The notes beneath the pieces are model-generated. The model worked only from the letters and a program-made list of their open reading frames with translations, was not told the origin of the DNA and searched no databases. Position numbers and translations under genes: made by a program. Shown piece by piece: positions 27,101 through 40,900 of a stretch of DNA of 64,000 bases; the stretch's first letter is position 1, and each line of letters opens with the position of its first letter. Origin of the DNA: Euglena gracilis (lineage: Eukaryota); contig CP154954.1 of NCBI GenBank assembly GCA_039621445.1, positions 49,765,847 to 49,829,846 of the forward strand, in the 5' to 3' direction.

Positions 27101-27691
27101 ACCCCCCTCCCACGGGTTTTTTTCAACACCAGAGGGGGCATGCTTGTATGGGAATCTCAGAGGAGGGGGGTGGGGGGACCCCTCCAAAACTAGGGGGGGG
27201 TGGGGGGACCCCCCCTCCTACCACCAGTTTTCGGTTGCCGAACTTCTCCCCGTTGAGTGCAGAATTTCGGCCCTTTTTTGGGGGTCAAAAAATCAATTTT
27301 TTTTCTGAAATTTCTCAAAAATGGTCAGGAATCAAAAGAAATATCTGGAGACCCAAATTGAAGCCCTAAAATGCCCCATCTTACAGTGTTTTGATTTCCC
27401 CGCAACTTCCCGCCTAGCCCGAGTTAGGGCCATCTTTTGACCAATTTTGGCCATCTTGCCAAAATTTCACATTAAGCCTCAAGATACACACCCAGTGCGA
27501 AGCGCCAGAAGATTTTTTTTTGCCCCTGCAGAGGAGGAGGGGGGTGACCCCCTTGTAGGGGTAAACTGGGGGGGGGATCCCCCCCTGGTTTCAATCATCT
27601 CCATTTCACCCCAACTCATCACCAGGCCCGACTTATCCAGCTGCGAAGGGGTCCAAACTGGTAGGATTGGCCTGCCCCCCCCTCTTCCGAC

Positions 27692-27977
27692 CAGGCTTCT
27701 TTTTAAGTCAGCAGAACCCCCCCCCCCGGGGGGAGGGGGGGTCGGTGGGGGGGTACGGGCCGGACCCCCCCGGGGGGGGTGGGGGTCCCGCGCCGGAGGC
27801 GCTGGGTATACCTTTTCGGCGCGAAGCGCCGAAAATTTTTGGAAATCGCCTTTAGCGGGCCCGATTTTGGGGGGGGTCCCGGCCCCCCCCCCCCAGGGGG
27901 GGGGGTCCCGCGCCACCCTGGGTGGGTGGGGGGGGACCCCCCCCCTCCCCCCCCCGGGGGTCTTAAAAAGAAGCCTG
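27692..27977. mobile_element. hAT-like MITE family 3, free copy
   Basis: Perfect TIR CAGGCTTCTTTTTAAG and perfect 8-bp TSD CTTCCGAC. Confidence 0.9.
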
Positions 27978-29017
27978 CTTCCGACTCTGCCATTTCGCCG
28001 GGGTCCAAAAATCGGTCAAAATTGATTTTTCAAAAATATCTCGAGAAAGTGTACATTATTTCTGGAAATATCGGTCTGGTGAAATATACCCTCTATCACC
28101 CCCCATTCACCGCCTGGCGTGTTTCGGCGCGCTTTTGCGGCCCAGAACGGCCATTTTTGGGGTGTTTTTTTGGCAAAAAAATCGATTTTTCAAAAACATC
28201 TCTACAATGAAGCAAAATCAAAGAAAATGTCCGGAGAGCAAAAATGAAGCCCTTGGATTGCCCTTTCCAACCATGCTTTACCTTTCCCCTAACTCTTCGT
28301 GTAGCCCGAGTTTACGGCCATTTTTCGGCCAATTTTTGCCCACTTTTGGGGCCATTTTGGGCTGTTTTCGGGGTCCAAAATCGAACTGTCCAAAATATCT
28401 GGATAATGAAACAAAATCAAAGGAAATGTTCGGAGATCTAAATTGAAGCCCTTACAATGCCCAACCTAACAATATTTTGATTTCCCCGCAACTCCTCGCC
28501 TAGCCCGAAATATGGCCGAAAAATCGAAAAAAGAATTTTTGCCCGAAACTATGTTTTTTTGGCCTCCTGGACCCGGAAAAGCTTTTTTGAGCCAAAAAAC
28601 AAGCGTTTTTCGACCCCCCGGCCCCTGTTTTAGCCCCGAGGGGGGGGGGTCGGACCCGCCCCCCCCCCCCGTCGGGGCCACCTCAGGAACCCGCGGATTA
28701 TCACCATCATCCCATCTCCGTTCCCGGATTTTTCTTTCAGTCGCGAGCGACTGGATTTCTAGTTTCCCCATAGGTTTTGCCCAGGGGTAAGCTTCGCTCT
28801 TACCCATAAAGGGATAAGAGCTCAGTGACCCCTGCCGCCACCTACCTCACTTCTGCGCGGCTTCCCATACAACCCTGCCCGACAAGCCCGGTCATTGGAC
28901 AAGGGGGGGGAGGGGTCGGATCGGGAGTGCCTTGGAGTGGCTGCCCAGGCAAGCAACCCCCCCCCCCCCCGAGGTGGGGTCGGCACCCGACTAAAATACG
29001 GCCTGCTCAGGGTTCCC

Positions 29018-29510
29018 CAGGGCAGAACAGGAAGGCCTGGTGGGGGGGTTGACCCCCCACCTGGGAGGTGGGGGGGGTAGGTCGTCGACCCCCCCCACCC
29101 ACCACAGCATTTTCACAAATTTTGGGAAACGGGGATTTTGGCAGGGGAAATTTTTGATTTTTTTTTTGAAAAATGAACCCAAAATACATTCTTTAATTCT
29201 TTCGATGGACCACATTTTTTCACAAAAAAAATCTCAAAAAATTTCAGGTTTAAAAATTGGTAATTCGGAGGAGAGGGGTGAAAAAAAACGAAGGTCAAAA
29301 AACTGGACCAAATTTTGGCACAGTCAATTTTTACTGACATTTTTTCAAAGGCGCCAGGAAAATTTCTTGGGGTCCAAAAATTGGTGCTCCTGGAAATACG
29401 GGAAGAGGTGGTGTTGGAACCCCACCCCCCCCAACATGCAGGGGGTGGGGGGTGGTCGACCCCCCCCCTCCCACCAGCCTGGCTGTTCGGCGGATTCCCG
29501 TTCTGCCCTG
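29018..29510. mobile_element. hAT-like MITE family 2, free copy
   Basis: TIR CAGGGCAGAAC(A/G)GGAA and perfect 8-bp TSD GGGTTCCC. Internal sequence is similar to 39283-39844. A shorter relative lies at ~33858-33982. Confidence 0.88.
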
Positions 29511-30599
29511 GGGTTCCCTGGATTGCCTGGGAACTACCAGGCAGGCACCCCCCTCCCCCCAGGGGGGTCGGTCCTGCCTGGTCGCGGGCCAATAAGCGCC
29601 CAAAAATGGCCTTTTCTGGGCTTCCGGTGCCTTCGGCACCAGAAGTGCCTGGCCAAATGCCCAGGCACTTTTGCCATGTGCCCCCCCTCCGGGGGGGGGG
29701 GGGTTGATTTGGGTGTTTTGGAGTGCCTGCCCTGGTGGGCAGCCCGTCCTTCCCCGGGGTGGGGACGGCACCGCCTTAAAATTCAGCCTGCTTTCGCTGT
29801 GGCGCGGGCATAATTTTGCCATTTTTTCCCCTGAAGAAATATGGAACAATATCATTTTTTCAGCGGTCTTTCAGCAATTTTTCAAAGAAAAAAATGTTGG
29901 AAACATCCAATTGCTTTTGGGGCGTTTTTTAGGGGGGCCATGATAAAAAATTGTGACCCCCAGGCAGGGAGGGGGGAGGGGGGCAGTCTCAATGCGAAGC
30001 CTAACATATCGGCTGCTCTTGGCGGGGCTCGGGCTGGTCATTGAAAACACACCACAGTTGTGAGGCACCGAAGCTGGACTGGGTCGATCCAGTTTCAATT
30101 CGAGGAGCGGGTGTAGTTTGCTGAGCAACGCTGGGGAAAAAAGCGCCGGGGATGGCCCGCTTTCCCAGAGACCCTTTCAAACTTCCGCGCAAGATTTGAT
30201 TAGGTCACCAATTGTGGTCCCCCCGTGGAAGCTCTCAGGTAGCTGCAATCTTAAAACTCTCCCCACCATGCTTGTGCTTACCGACCGGGGGGGGGGGGTG
30301 CTATAGGGTGCCTGCCCCTAGCAGGCACACCCCCCCCGGGGGGGATAGGGGTCCGGGGGGGACCCAGAAAATTTTCATTGAAAATGGCCTTTTCTGGGCC
30401 CCTGGCGCCTTCGGCGCCGGGGTCAGAGGGGGGTGCCTGCTAGGGGCAGGCACCCCCCAAAACCCTACCCCCCTAGGGGGGGGGGGGTTGGATTGGGTGC
30501 TATGGGGTGCCTGCCCCTAGCACCCCCCCCGTGGGGTAGGCACCCGACTAAGCACAAGCCTGCTCCCCACAAAACTGATCTAAAAAACAAAACAAAACA

Positions 30600-31040
30600 A
30601 AACAATTCTTTGGCAATACATTTGACATTGTTTGCCGAAAAAAATGGTGCCCATTTGGATTTTTGCAGTGACAACCTTTGCCAAAATGATGCAGGAATAT
30701 TTAGGTTTTCGTTTTGGGAATCCAAACGCTTCAAATGTGGCCCACCCACAAACAACGCCGATGCAGGGAGAGCAGCCCGGCCACCAAACAGGGTCGGAAA
30801 ATATTGGAGCTATAAATACGGAGGCCATAATACGAAGCCCAATTGGTTGTTGATTTGGGACGCCAGAGGGACGAGGCGGGCGTCTTGGCAAAGCCAATGC
30901 ACCCGCCAGTAGCCCGCTTCTGAGCGTGCGGGTGCGAGAAGATTGACGCAGTGGCAGAGGAAGCAGTCCTTCGCTTGGTTGGCAGAAACACTGCAGAACT
31001 TCCCCCCCTCCAAACCCAAGCACGGCAACACCACAGTCAG
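30600..31040 (-). pseudogene. Possible hAT transposase fragment
   Basis: The peptide KFCSVSANQA...CFLCHCVNLLA resembles the SDNA...CxxHxxNL region of hAT transposases. It is short and frameshifted. Confidence 0.3.
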
Positions 31041-32669
31041 TGAGGCCGATTATTGACATGGCAAGAGGATTTCTTACAAACCCGAGGTTTTGGCAGGGGG
31101 GAGGGTTCACTTTTATCCTGCCAGCTGGATGGGAAGGGCACTGGTTGGACCTCATCGGGGGGGGGGGGGGGGCAGGTGGGGACCTTGCTGGTTCCCAGGG
31201 CCCAACAAAAAGGCACATCTCCAGACAAGTTGGAATTTGTTTTCAAATTTCAAATTTCTGAAATAAACCCCCCATGTCGTTGACACCGTTCCTCGTGTCA
31301 ATGGCACATTTCCAGAATATAAATGTGTCTTGTACAAAAAGGTGGGGAATAATGACGGGGCGGTTGCTAAACAAAAAAAAAACCTCCCATCCCAGCACAT
31401 CCACTCACAAGAAAAATGGCGCAACGCAACCACCATCTTTTGACCATATTTTGGCAAAAAAAAATGGTCAACATTGAGAGAAAAAAGTGATTCCTGGCCT
31501 CCTTGGGTCATCGCCCAACCACCCAACAGGTAAAAAAATGCGTATTTTCGACCTTTTTAATTTTTTTTTGACTTGGACCCTCGGACCTACCGGCGACTGG
31601 TGGGGGGAGTGAGACCTCCCCCCTACCACTGGGATGGGGGTGGGGGGTCGACCCCATGTCTGGCTCTCTTAGTGATGTTAAAGGCCTACGCGTCTTCCTT
31701 TTTGTTCGCGGTTCAGATGAGTCCCAAATTCCAGAGAAGGAAACGTGGTGCGATGCCCTCCACAAGTCCTCGTCAGGGGGGTGGGGGTCGGGCTGAGTGT
31801 GTACCCCAGAGGGGTTTTTTGCGAAGCACCGATTTTGACCGCAAAATTGATCCCGATAAAGTTGGTCCCCCGGAATTCCCTTCCCCGGGGATGGGGGATG
31901 GGGTTACCTCCTGCGTGGGTCACCCCCCCCAGAATTTAAGAAAGTCCCTGTTTGGGACCCCAGATTCCAAACAGCTTGAACATTCCAACAACATAATGGA
32001 AAGACCCCCTCCAACCAGGATCACCCTCTAACCCCCCCAAAAAACCTGGCGGGGTGGAACTAACGTTTGGCCTTGCACCCCCCCCCCACCAGGCTTTTTG
32101 GGCCCTTTTTTCAGCGTCGTAAGGGAATTTTGCCCAAAAAAGGGGGGGTGCCAATTTACTGGAACCATCTCCCCCCCCCCCCGCTATGGAAGGGGGGTTT
32201 TATTTCCAAGGGACAATACCAATCTGAAAGACCCTCGTGTGTTTCAATCCCCCGGGGGAGGTTAAAGGGGATGCCCCGCCCCACAGCAGTTGGCATCGAA
32301 CAAGCGAGTGGCTTGGTGGCAACCTTCTGTGCTTCTGGGAGGGGGCCCGCAGTGGACTTTCCAACGTCACAAGTCGGCGAGGGCCCAAAATGACAACTTC
32401 TCTGGGGCCTCATGGACTTCTGGGGGGGGGGCAAAGAATTTCGGTACTTTCTCGTCAACCAGACCGCCGGGGGGGGGGGGGGAGCCCCCCAAAACCAGTC
32501 AGCAGGTTGAAAAACAAATGTGGGTGAAAGACACACAACGGAAGGATGGACACTGGCCTGAATCTTGGTGGCAAGCGAAATCCAGCGAAACAACAAGAAA
32601 GAGGGGCAGAAAAGCATTCTGGGTTCAGGGTTCTCTTTGTTCTCTTTGTGCACAACAATGGTTTGTGCT

Positions 32670-32865
32670 AGTGTGTGTCGGTGTGTGTGTGTGCGTGGGT
32701 GGGTGGGTGGGTGGGTGGGTGGGTGGGTGTGGGTGTAGGTGTGGGTGTGTGTGTGGGTGGGTGGGTGGGTGGGTGGGTGGGTGGGTGTGTGTGTGTGTGT
32801 GTGTGTGTGTGAGTGAGTGAGTGAGTGAGTGAATGAGTGAGTGAGTGAGTGAGTGTGTGCGTGTG
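32670..32865. repeat. Compound (GT)n/(GGGT)n/(GAGT)n microsatellite
   Basis: Read directly from the sequence. Confidence 0.95.
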
Positions 32866-34788
32866 TACGTCGGCAGGTTGCCACTAGCGAGGGTTAGCAT
32901 CTGGAGGGTCCAAACATCTTATGAGCCTCTGTGCCCACGGGATCTTGGGGTCACACCATTGCTTACTGACTTTCTGGCGAGAGGGGGATCACTCCCCAGT
33001 TTCAAAACACCACTCACCCACTTCACCCCTGGAGTGAGGCGTCGATCACTCTGGCCACTCGTGCCATCACGTGGGGTTTTCAGCCAGTACTGGCTCCAAT
33101 GGAGGGGGGATCTGAGCCAAAAACTTATCAGTCACTGTGAAAAAGCAGCCCGTCACCCCCCGGACACACATTGAGCAATGGTGTGCTTGGGACCCTCGAG
33201 ACCATCCCTTCGAGAGGATTAAAACCTTCGATGGGGCGGTTGGGTTAGAAAAGATTGCTGAAGCGTTGGCGGACACTGCCAACAAACACAACATTGGTTG
33301 GGGATTGCCCAGGTTCAGGGTGATGCAGTGCCCAATGACCACCAGCGCACAAGGAATTAAATGATTGACATGATGGTGACTGTGAAGACCAACCATACAT
33401 TTTCTATTTGGCACCTGTGCGTTTTGGCCAATTGAGAATATGATCCAAAGGCAGCTCTTTGCAACAACCAACAACTGCCACAGCCACAACTACGTACATG
33501 AGCGCCGCTGGGGAAAATGGAAAAACCTGCAAAAAGGCGGCATACATGGATGCATTTTCATACAACCTCAAAAAAAACCAGCCTCATTTTGGTCCTGACC
33601 TGCAAGCTGCGACCAGGGGGGTGGTCGTTAGACCCCCCCCTCACTTGCAACCTGCGACCGGGGGGTGGTCGTTAAAGTGGGGTGGTCGCACGACAAAGGG
33701 GGGAGCACTTACCAACAACTAATGATAACCAGTGATTGTGTCCAACCAACACCCCCCTCTGCTCTTATCCCTATGACCAATGACCACCATTTGACAAAAA
33801 GTGCAAAAGAGGGGGAAAATTGACCTTTGGGGGGGTCCCAGGAGAACCCCCCCCCTCCAGAGCAGAACCGGGAAGGCCTGGTGGGGGGAGGGTGGTCGAC
33901 CCGGGAAAGATTTTTGGGGGTCGAAAATTGTTGCTCCGGAAAGACGGGGGCTGGCCGAATGGCCGATTCCCGTTCTGCCCTGCCCCTGCCCCCCAGGTCC
34001 CCCCTGGCCTCCACCCATGTCGCAACCTCGACTTCTGTGTGGGGTCGGGGGGCTGAGCAACCCCCACCACAGCAGGCACGGGCAGCTGGTCAGCCCAACA
34101 ATATACAGCCTGGGCTGGGGGCAGTGCCCATGTCGCCTCTGCAATGCTTCCGCTGGGACGCGCCACTGTGTCACGGTGGGGCATGCGGACCCCGTGGAGC
34201 CCTGCGGCGTCTATATCTGGGCGGCACCGAAGGTCACCTCCGGGCAGCGGCTCACCCCTCCCCCAAGACGACGAAAAGGAACCGTCCTGGCTCAGGAGGA
34301 CTTGGCATCCCCGAGCCGACCACCGGTGTGGGCGGGACACAGTGCTGCGGTGGCACTGGCGTGCTGCGTTCCCACCGGGATGCAATGCAGTGGGAGGCAG
34401 CAACAGTGGACGGGTGGGGAGGGAGGGGAGGGGCGGCGGCCCCAGGTCACAACTGTGGGGGTGGCCGCAAACATGGGACGAATTTCGTCTGCCAAATTAC
34501 AGAAAATGAAAAAGAGTGCTGAGCCCCGGCAGGGCTGCAATCCAGGAGGCCGTATTCTGGAGCCCCTCTCTGACGAGAGTGGCTCAAATTCCTCAAATTT
34601 GCCATGGAGCCTGCTCGAGCAAAAGCTTCTTCTTAAAACCCCACCATCCGGGGTCCCCCCTCGACCAGGGTGGAACGGGACCCCCCGTGATTTTGGGCTG
34701 TTTGACGGCACTTGTTGAAAAATTTCCGGTGCAATGCGCCGGAAAAATTTAAGCCCCCCTCAGGGGGGTTCTTACAGTTAAAACGAAG

Positions 34789-37337
34789 CATGCCCTTAGG
34801 CGGCGCATCTCGCGCTTAAGCTTTTTTTCGTTGTCGATGTGCGCTAATGCGCACATCGACATTCTTTACGAAATTGACAAGATGTGATCCCAATAACCCA
34901 AAAATGTGAGCAGGATGTGATGGGGTGCAGGCTTTTTTTACGAACCCCGGGGAAGCCTTCGGCGCCGGGGTTGTGCCAGGGCACTTTTGGCCGTGTGCCC
35001 TACCCCCTGGGGGGGGTCGGATTTGGAGTGCCTTGGAGTGCCTGCCCAGGCAGGCACCCCCCCCCCCGGGGTGGGGTCAGCACCCGACTAAAATACGCGG
35101 GCCCCTGGACATGGAGATGGAAGCAGGGGCTTTGGCAAATAAGGTGCCTGAGGGCAAGCGTCAATACAGCACATGGTATACACAACACCCAGCAGGCGTG
35201 TTTAGAACCCTGCAATGGCTGTTTCATTAGCTCAGGACATTGACTGAACGATTTGGTGAGGTGTGCCCAGGCCTGAAGCGATACCCTGAAATTTGGCTGT
35301 GTCAGAAATTGGTGGTCGTTGTGGCAAACAAGCAGATGGACGGTGTGCGCAAATGCGCACACCAACCGTTTGTGCACTTGTGAAAAGGACCACGTCTGCC
35401 AGCTGCATTTGATGTGTTTGTAAAATTGTACAAGTGGTTGGGTTGTGCAAATGCGAAAAACAGTCTGTCTGGCGGGTTTGCTCATCTGCACAGAACACTC
35501 ACTTGTGCAACTGAACACACGTGACATTCAGAGGGTGTGGCACTACTGCAGTTTGGAAATACTTAAATGCGAGGTATTTTGTAGAATTCAAACACAACAA
35601 AAGGACCAGCTTACGGGCTCGAATTTGGGCATCGGCAATTGAAGCTGTGAAAACCTTTATCTTAGCCCCTGCAACATCAAAACAACGTTTCCAGGGTTTA
35701 TCCTGCAAAACTTACCCCGCCCCCCCCCCCCTATGCTCAACGACCGGTAACCTCTGTCCTCTGACCGGGGGGGGGGGTCGTTGGACATAGGGTAATGACC
35801 AAAAAGGGGTCCTCTGACCGGGGGGGGGGGTGGTCGTTGAACACAGGGTCGGGAAAAAGTTTGCCGAACCCCCCCCCCAAACAGGTCAAAATTTTCCTTC
35901 CGGCGCTTCGCACCCCCATTTCCAGCCCTGTCAACAAATATTTACTCAAATAGCACCCAAAACTGGCATCCTTGGACGATTTTGTTGCGGAGATCAAGAG
36001 AATATGCAAGGAAAGTGCAAACCATCTTCACTCCATCATACAACCTGGCAAACACCTGAAAGTGTCACGGTGGAATGTTGGGAGTGTGGTGAAGCTCCTT
36101 CAACAACCGCAGGCACTATCTCCCCGGTGGAGCGCTCATGAGGGAACATTTTGGACGATGGGCTGCGGGGTAGAGGACAAGCGGGGAAGAAAAGCCTTTC
36201 AGGGCTGGCAAACCTCCGGTTTTCGCACCTGCAAAAAAACATCAAACCTCCGAAAAGGTGTCCTCTGACCGGGAGGGTGGTCGTTGGACATAGGGGGGTC
36301 GTTGGACATGGGGGGGGGGTAGTTTAGAAGGGCCCTTCACATCCAGCATTTTAATCCGAAGATGAGGCACAGTACATTGGCTGAAAATGGATGCGTCTGA
36401 TGATTTGGAAATCCTGTGTACACGGGGACATGTAATGCAATACACTTCATTAGACCTTCTCAGACATACCTTACAACACCACCACCTTGAACACAACATC
36501 TATCTGCTGTCCTCCTGTCTCGATCCTTCTCTTTGTCTCATAAGTCCCTGTTGCCAAGGCTTCAAAATGAAAAAGAATTTTGGTTGGTGCCCGCAATTGT
36601 GAAACACAACAATTTTAATGGTTGATGTGCGCATTTGCGCACACCAACCACCCAAACATACCACCAGCATTCAACAGAGGGGGTCCAGCACCACAGGAAT
36701 AAAAGGGAGGCGATATCACAATGATGTCACATTCATTTTTCAGGTCAAAACACAATGCCATTGGAGCCGCTTGGTTGGTTTTAAAGTGGTTGGTGTGCGC
36801 AAATGCGCACATTGTCCATGTGCACATTTGCACACACCGACATCATTTACTGTTGTGTGGGTGCCAGAAAGCCTTAAACAGCAGTGGGGCATTGATGGGC
36901 AACTTGCGACCGAAATCAACAGGAACTGGTAGCAGTCCTGCTGTGTTCTGTATCACCCTCATCAACCCCCAGTGGCAGAATTCTCGAGCAGTCCATTGGG
37001 GACAGGAATGGGGGGGTGGCAGTACTGGGGTGTTGATGTTTTTGTCGGTGTTTTGTTCACTTTGGGGGGATAAATCCGGGGGTTTTCGTGGCATTCCGAC
37101 CTCAAAAAAACAGCAAAAAGCACGTAGCTGCCGGGAGAGCCGGTTCCCAAAAAGAGAATTTGCCTGTATTTTGTCCAATCCTGCTCCCTCTCGCTCTTAC
37201 CCCTAGTAACGCCGGTGCTCAAAATGGTTTTTGGTCGATTTGCACAAATGCACACATCGACAAAAAGCTTAAGTGCGAGAGAATTGACACATCCAAAAAA
37301 AAGCTTAAATGCGAAATGCATCGCCTAAGATGCTCGA
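34789..37337 (+). mobile_element. Degenerate hAT-like element with transposase remnants
   Basis: Imperfect inverted ends (CTTAGGCGGCGCATCTCGCGCTTAAGCTTTTT vs AAAAAGCTTAAATGCGAAATGCATCGCCTAAG) and repeated GTGCGCAAATGCGCAC palindromes. Peptide remnants KVSRWNV (TRWNS-like) and YLLSSCLDP. Boundaries are approximate. Confidence 0.5.
35715..36319. mobile_element. TA-flanked MITE, same family as 40293-40705
   Basis: C-run/G-run termini with TATG..CAACGACC / GGTCGTTGGACATG, and TA on both sides. Confidence 0.6.
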
Positions 37338-37908
37338 GCGGACCAAAAAAAGCACACCCGTTGATATTTTTTTGAGTGAACACTTTTTATTCACATTTGC
37401 GTCTCGATATTTCACCGCACCGGTTTATCTTGCTTTCCTATGATTTCTCTGCATTCTGGGGATAATACCTTTTGAGTGCCGTCCATTTACAAGACTTGCC
37501 CCCCTCCCCCACAAGCAGTTGGCAGAACATTTTATTTCATTAACCTATTTTGGACTGTCTGGGGTTTTAAAAACCTGGGGATTAAAAATATTTTCTTAAA
37601 CAATAGATGGTTTCTCCAAAGTTGGAGAAGAACTTAAATATGGGGGGTCTGTAACTTTCTTCACAGTGGAAAAGTTTTTAAACGGAAATGATTTAAAACA
37701 TTAAAAACATTGGAGCAAAAAAGCTATTACCGTGACCTTTTTGGGTGCCTGCCTTCCTTCACAATTGAAGGGGGTCAAGTCCACGCTGCGACCTGCACAA
37801 CAGCTGTGGCCAGGTCAATGGACGGTTGGCTGAACGGTTGAACGGAAAAGAAGGCAACGATGGCGGCCTCTCAGTCAGCCGCGGTCCCGGGCCAGCCTGG
37901 GCCACCAC

Positions 37909-40900
37909 TCAGCAGGCGACCAGGTTCAGGTCCCGGAAGATGTCGATCAGCGCGCTGTCCACCCCCAGCCCCAGGGAAGAACGGGAAGGCCTGGGGCAGG
38001 GGGGGGGGGAAATGCAACTTGGCCCTTCAAATTATGCAAGTCAAAAAAATGCAAAAAAATGCAAAAAAATGCAAAAAAAATGCAAAAAAATGCAACTTGC
38101 AAAGAAAACCCTGAGAAAACCCTGAGAAAAGGCTGGAATGTAACAGAGTTGCTGCCTATAATCCATAGGCATGTGACAATGCCGGTGTATACCTGTCAAT
38201 GATTCACAAAGAAGACCTCCTGGACATATATTGCAAAAACTGGCTCCTACACTAGACAAGTGTGGGGGGGTGTGGGGGGTGTGGGGGGGGTGTGGGGGGG
38301 TGTGGGGGGGTGTGGGGGGGGGGGGGGTGTGGGGTGAATGGGGGGGCGGGGGGGGGTGGGGGAGGGGGGGGGGGCGGGCGCAGCCCCCCCCCCCCCTCCC
38401 CCCCCCCGCCGCGGTGGCCGTAGGCCACCGGACCCCTCATCGGTGGCTGTGGGCCTGGATAATGTCTATCTGGGCTCCAATTTTTCACGGAAAAAAACAT
38501 ACATTTTGATGAAAAAAATTCCAAAATTCTCAGGTTTAAGTTGTTTTCAGGAGTGGTGATAAAACTGCAAAGTCAAAAAAACTGCCCCAAATTTTGGCAC
38601 ACTCAAATTTTATTGACATTTTTTCTCTTGGCAAATTTTTGGTATTTCAACCATTTTTTTGCTTCAAAAACCTCCGACATTCAAACCTTTGAGAAAATTG
38701 TGCAATTTGGACGGTGAGGAAAAAAATGTGGTCTTGGGCGGGTTTTGGAGGGACCTCCAATTTGCCAACATAGGTCCCAAAATGGGACCAAAATACACCC
38801 GGTGCCGAACCCACACGGGTCAAGTGTGGGGGGGGGGGGTTGTGGGGGTGTGTGTGGGTGTGGGGGGTGGGGGGTGTGGGTGTGGGTGTGGGGGGTGGGG
38901 GGGGGGGGGTGTGGGGGTAAATGTCTAGTGTAGGAGCCAGTTTTTGCAATACCTCCTCCTGGAAGACAACAGCAAGCACTGAGACCCCAAAAACCCCAGG
39001 CAACTGCAGAGGGACCAGAGACAAAACATGACATTGGCGACCAACTGCAAAAAAGTTTTCCAGGACAAAATATTTTATGCAAAAAATGCAAAAAAAATGC
39101 AAAAAATGCAAAGAAAATGCAAAAAAAATGCAAACATATGGCGACCAACTACAAAAAAATTTTCCGGGTCAAAATATTTTATGCAAAAAAATGCAAAAAA
39201 ATGCAAAAAAATGCAAATTTCGGAAAAACCCGATTATGCAAAAAAAATGCAAATTATGCAAGTTGCATTTTTTCCCCCCCTGCCTGGGGGGGGGGTCGAC
39301 CCCCCCACAGCATTTTTTTTTCCACCAATTTGGGAAAACGGGGATTTTGGCTGGGAATTTTTTTGAATTTTTTTGAAAATTGGACCCAAAATACATGATT
39401 TTTTTTGATGGAAAACCACACTTTGTTACAAAAAAATCTGAAAATTTTTAGGTTTAAAATTTGGTATTTTTTAGGAGGGGGGTGAAAAAAACGAAGGTCA
39501 AAAAATCGGACCAAAATTTGGCACAATCAAATTTTACTGACAGTTTTTCTCTTGGATTTTTTTTGGATTTTCAATGGCACTGTTCGCTTCAAAAACTCTC
39601 AAAATGAAAATTTTGAAAAACGTTGATATTTTGGAAGGTGTGGAAAAATGGGGTTCTTGGGGGTTTTGGGGGGACCTCCTTCACGGGTCCCAAAATGGGT
39701 CAAAAATGCACCCGGCACCAAATAAAAATCTTTTTTGATGTCCAAATTTTTGGTGCTCCTGGAAATACGGGAAGAGGTGTTGGGGGGGGGGTCGACCGCC
39801 CCACCCACCACCCTGGCTGTTTGGCTGATTCCCGTTCTGCCCTGCCCAGCACCGACTGCAGGAACCGCCGCGCCGCGGAGTACTGAGGCGCCGCCTCATC
39901 CTCCGCCAGCTCCTTCCCGGCCACCGCCTTGCCAGAGGGCTGGCCCCAGCGGAGCCCACCGACCTGACTCCAAACCCTGAAGCAAAACACCGTGGTGGGC
40001 TGTTACCTGTAAGAATCTAGGACCCTAACACATTTCTATCATGGGCGGTGCTGTGATCCTGACAAGTTGTTAGGCACATGAAGGAATGCAACTTGTTGGC
40101 GCCCGGGGGGAGGGGGTAGGTCAGCCACTGCCGGTAACCTGCAACAGTGTTTGGACATGACTGGCAAAACTGACAGGTTGGCCGGCAGTTCCCCAGAGGG
40201 GACCGCAGGAAAACATGGTTGCTAGCAGGCTTCGTTTGACTAACCCCGGCGGGGGGTGCCTTGAGCTGTGGGATTGTGCCCTGCCCATAGTACCCCCCCC
40301 CCCATGTCCAATGACCGGTAACCTCTGTCCTCTGACCGGGGGGGGGGGGGTGGTCGTTGGACATACGGTAATGACCAAAAAGGTGTCCTCTGACCGGGGG
40401 GGGTGGTCGTTGGACATGGGGTCAAAAGAAAGTTGGTGGGTACCCGGGTCCCTACCCACCCAAAAATGCCCAAATTTTCCCTTCCGGCGCTTTGCGCCGA
40501 AAATTTTGGGCAATTTTGACAAATTTTTGTCCAAAAAGTGTCAAAAATGGCATTTTGGCCAAATTTTTGGCCAATTTTTGGGCAAAATTTTTCGTCCCGG
40601 CGCTTCGTGCCGGGACGAAAAATTTGGTCAACCTCCGAAAAGGTGTCCTCTGACCGGGGGGGTGGTCATTGGACATAGGGGGGTCGTTGGACATAGGGGG
40701 GGGGGTAAGCACACTCCCCTGGGGCTGGGGGGTCGGTTTGGAACCCCGGTGCCTGCCGACCAAGCCAGTTTTCCCTTGAAAATGGGTGTTTTCCGCCCCC
40801 GGCCCCTTCGGTGCTGGGGTGTGTGCAGGAGCACTACCCACCTCAAAGCCGACCCCCCCCCCGGGGGCAGGGTTACGGTAGGAGGATGTTCCGTAGGAGA

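Larger units (their letters stand above)
37972..39844. mobile_element. hAT-like MITE family 2 in the last exon of paralog C (predicted intron 37967-39847), with nested insertions
   Basis: 16-bp TIR CAGGG(A/C)AGAACGGGAA with one mismatch. TSD CCCAGCCC / CCCAGCAC (7/8). The homologous exon is uninterrupted at this site in A, B and D. Confidence 0.9.

Noticed and set aside
33801-34718. 305-aa ORF and overlapping long ORFs
   Set aside because: The stretch is GC-rich and open in several frames, is partly MITE sequence, and has no recognisable domain.
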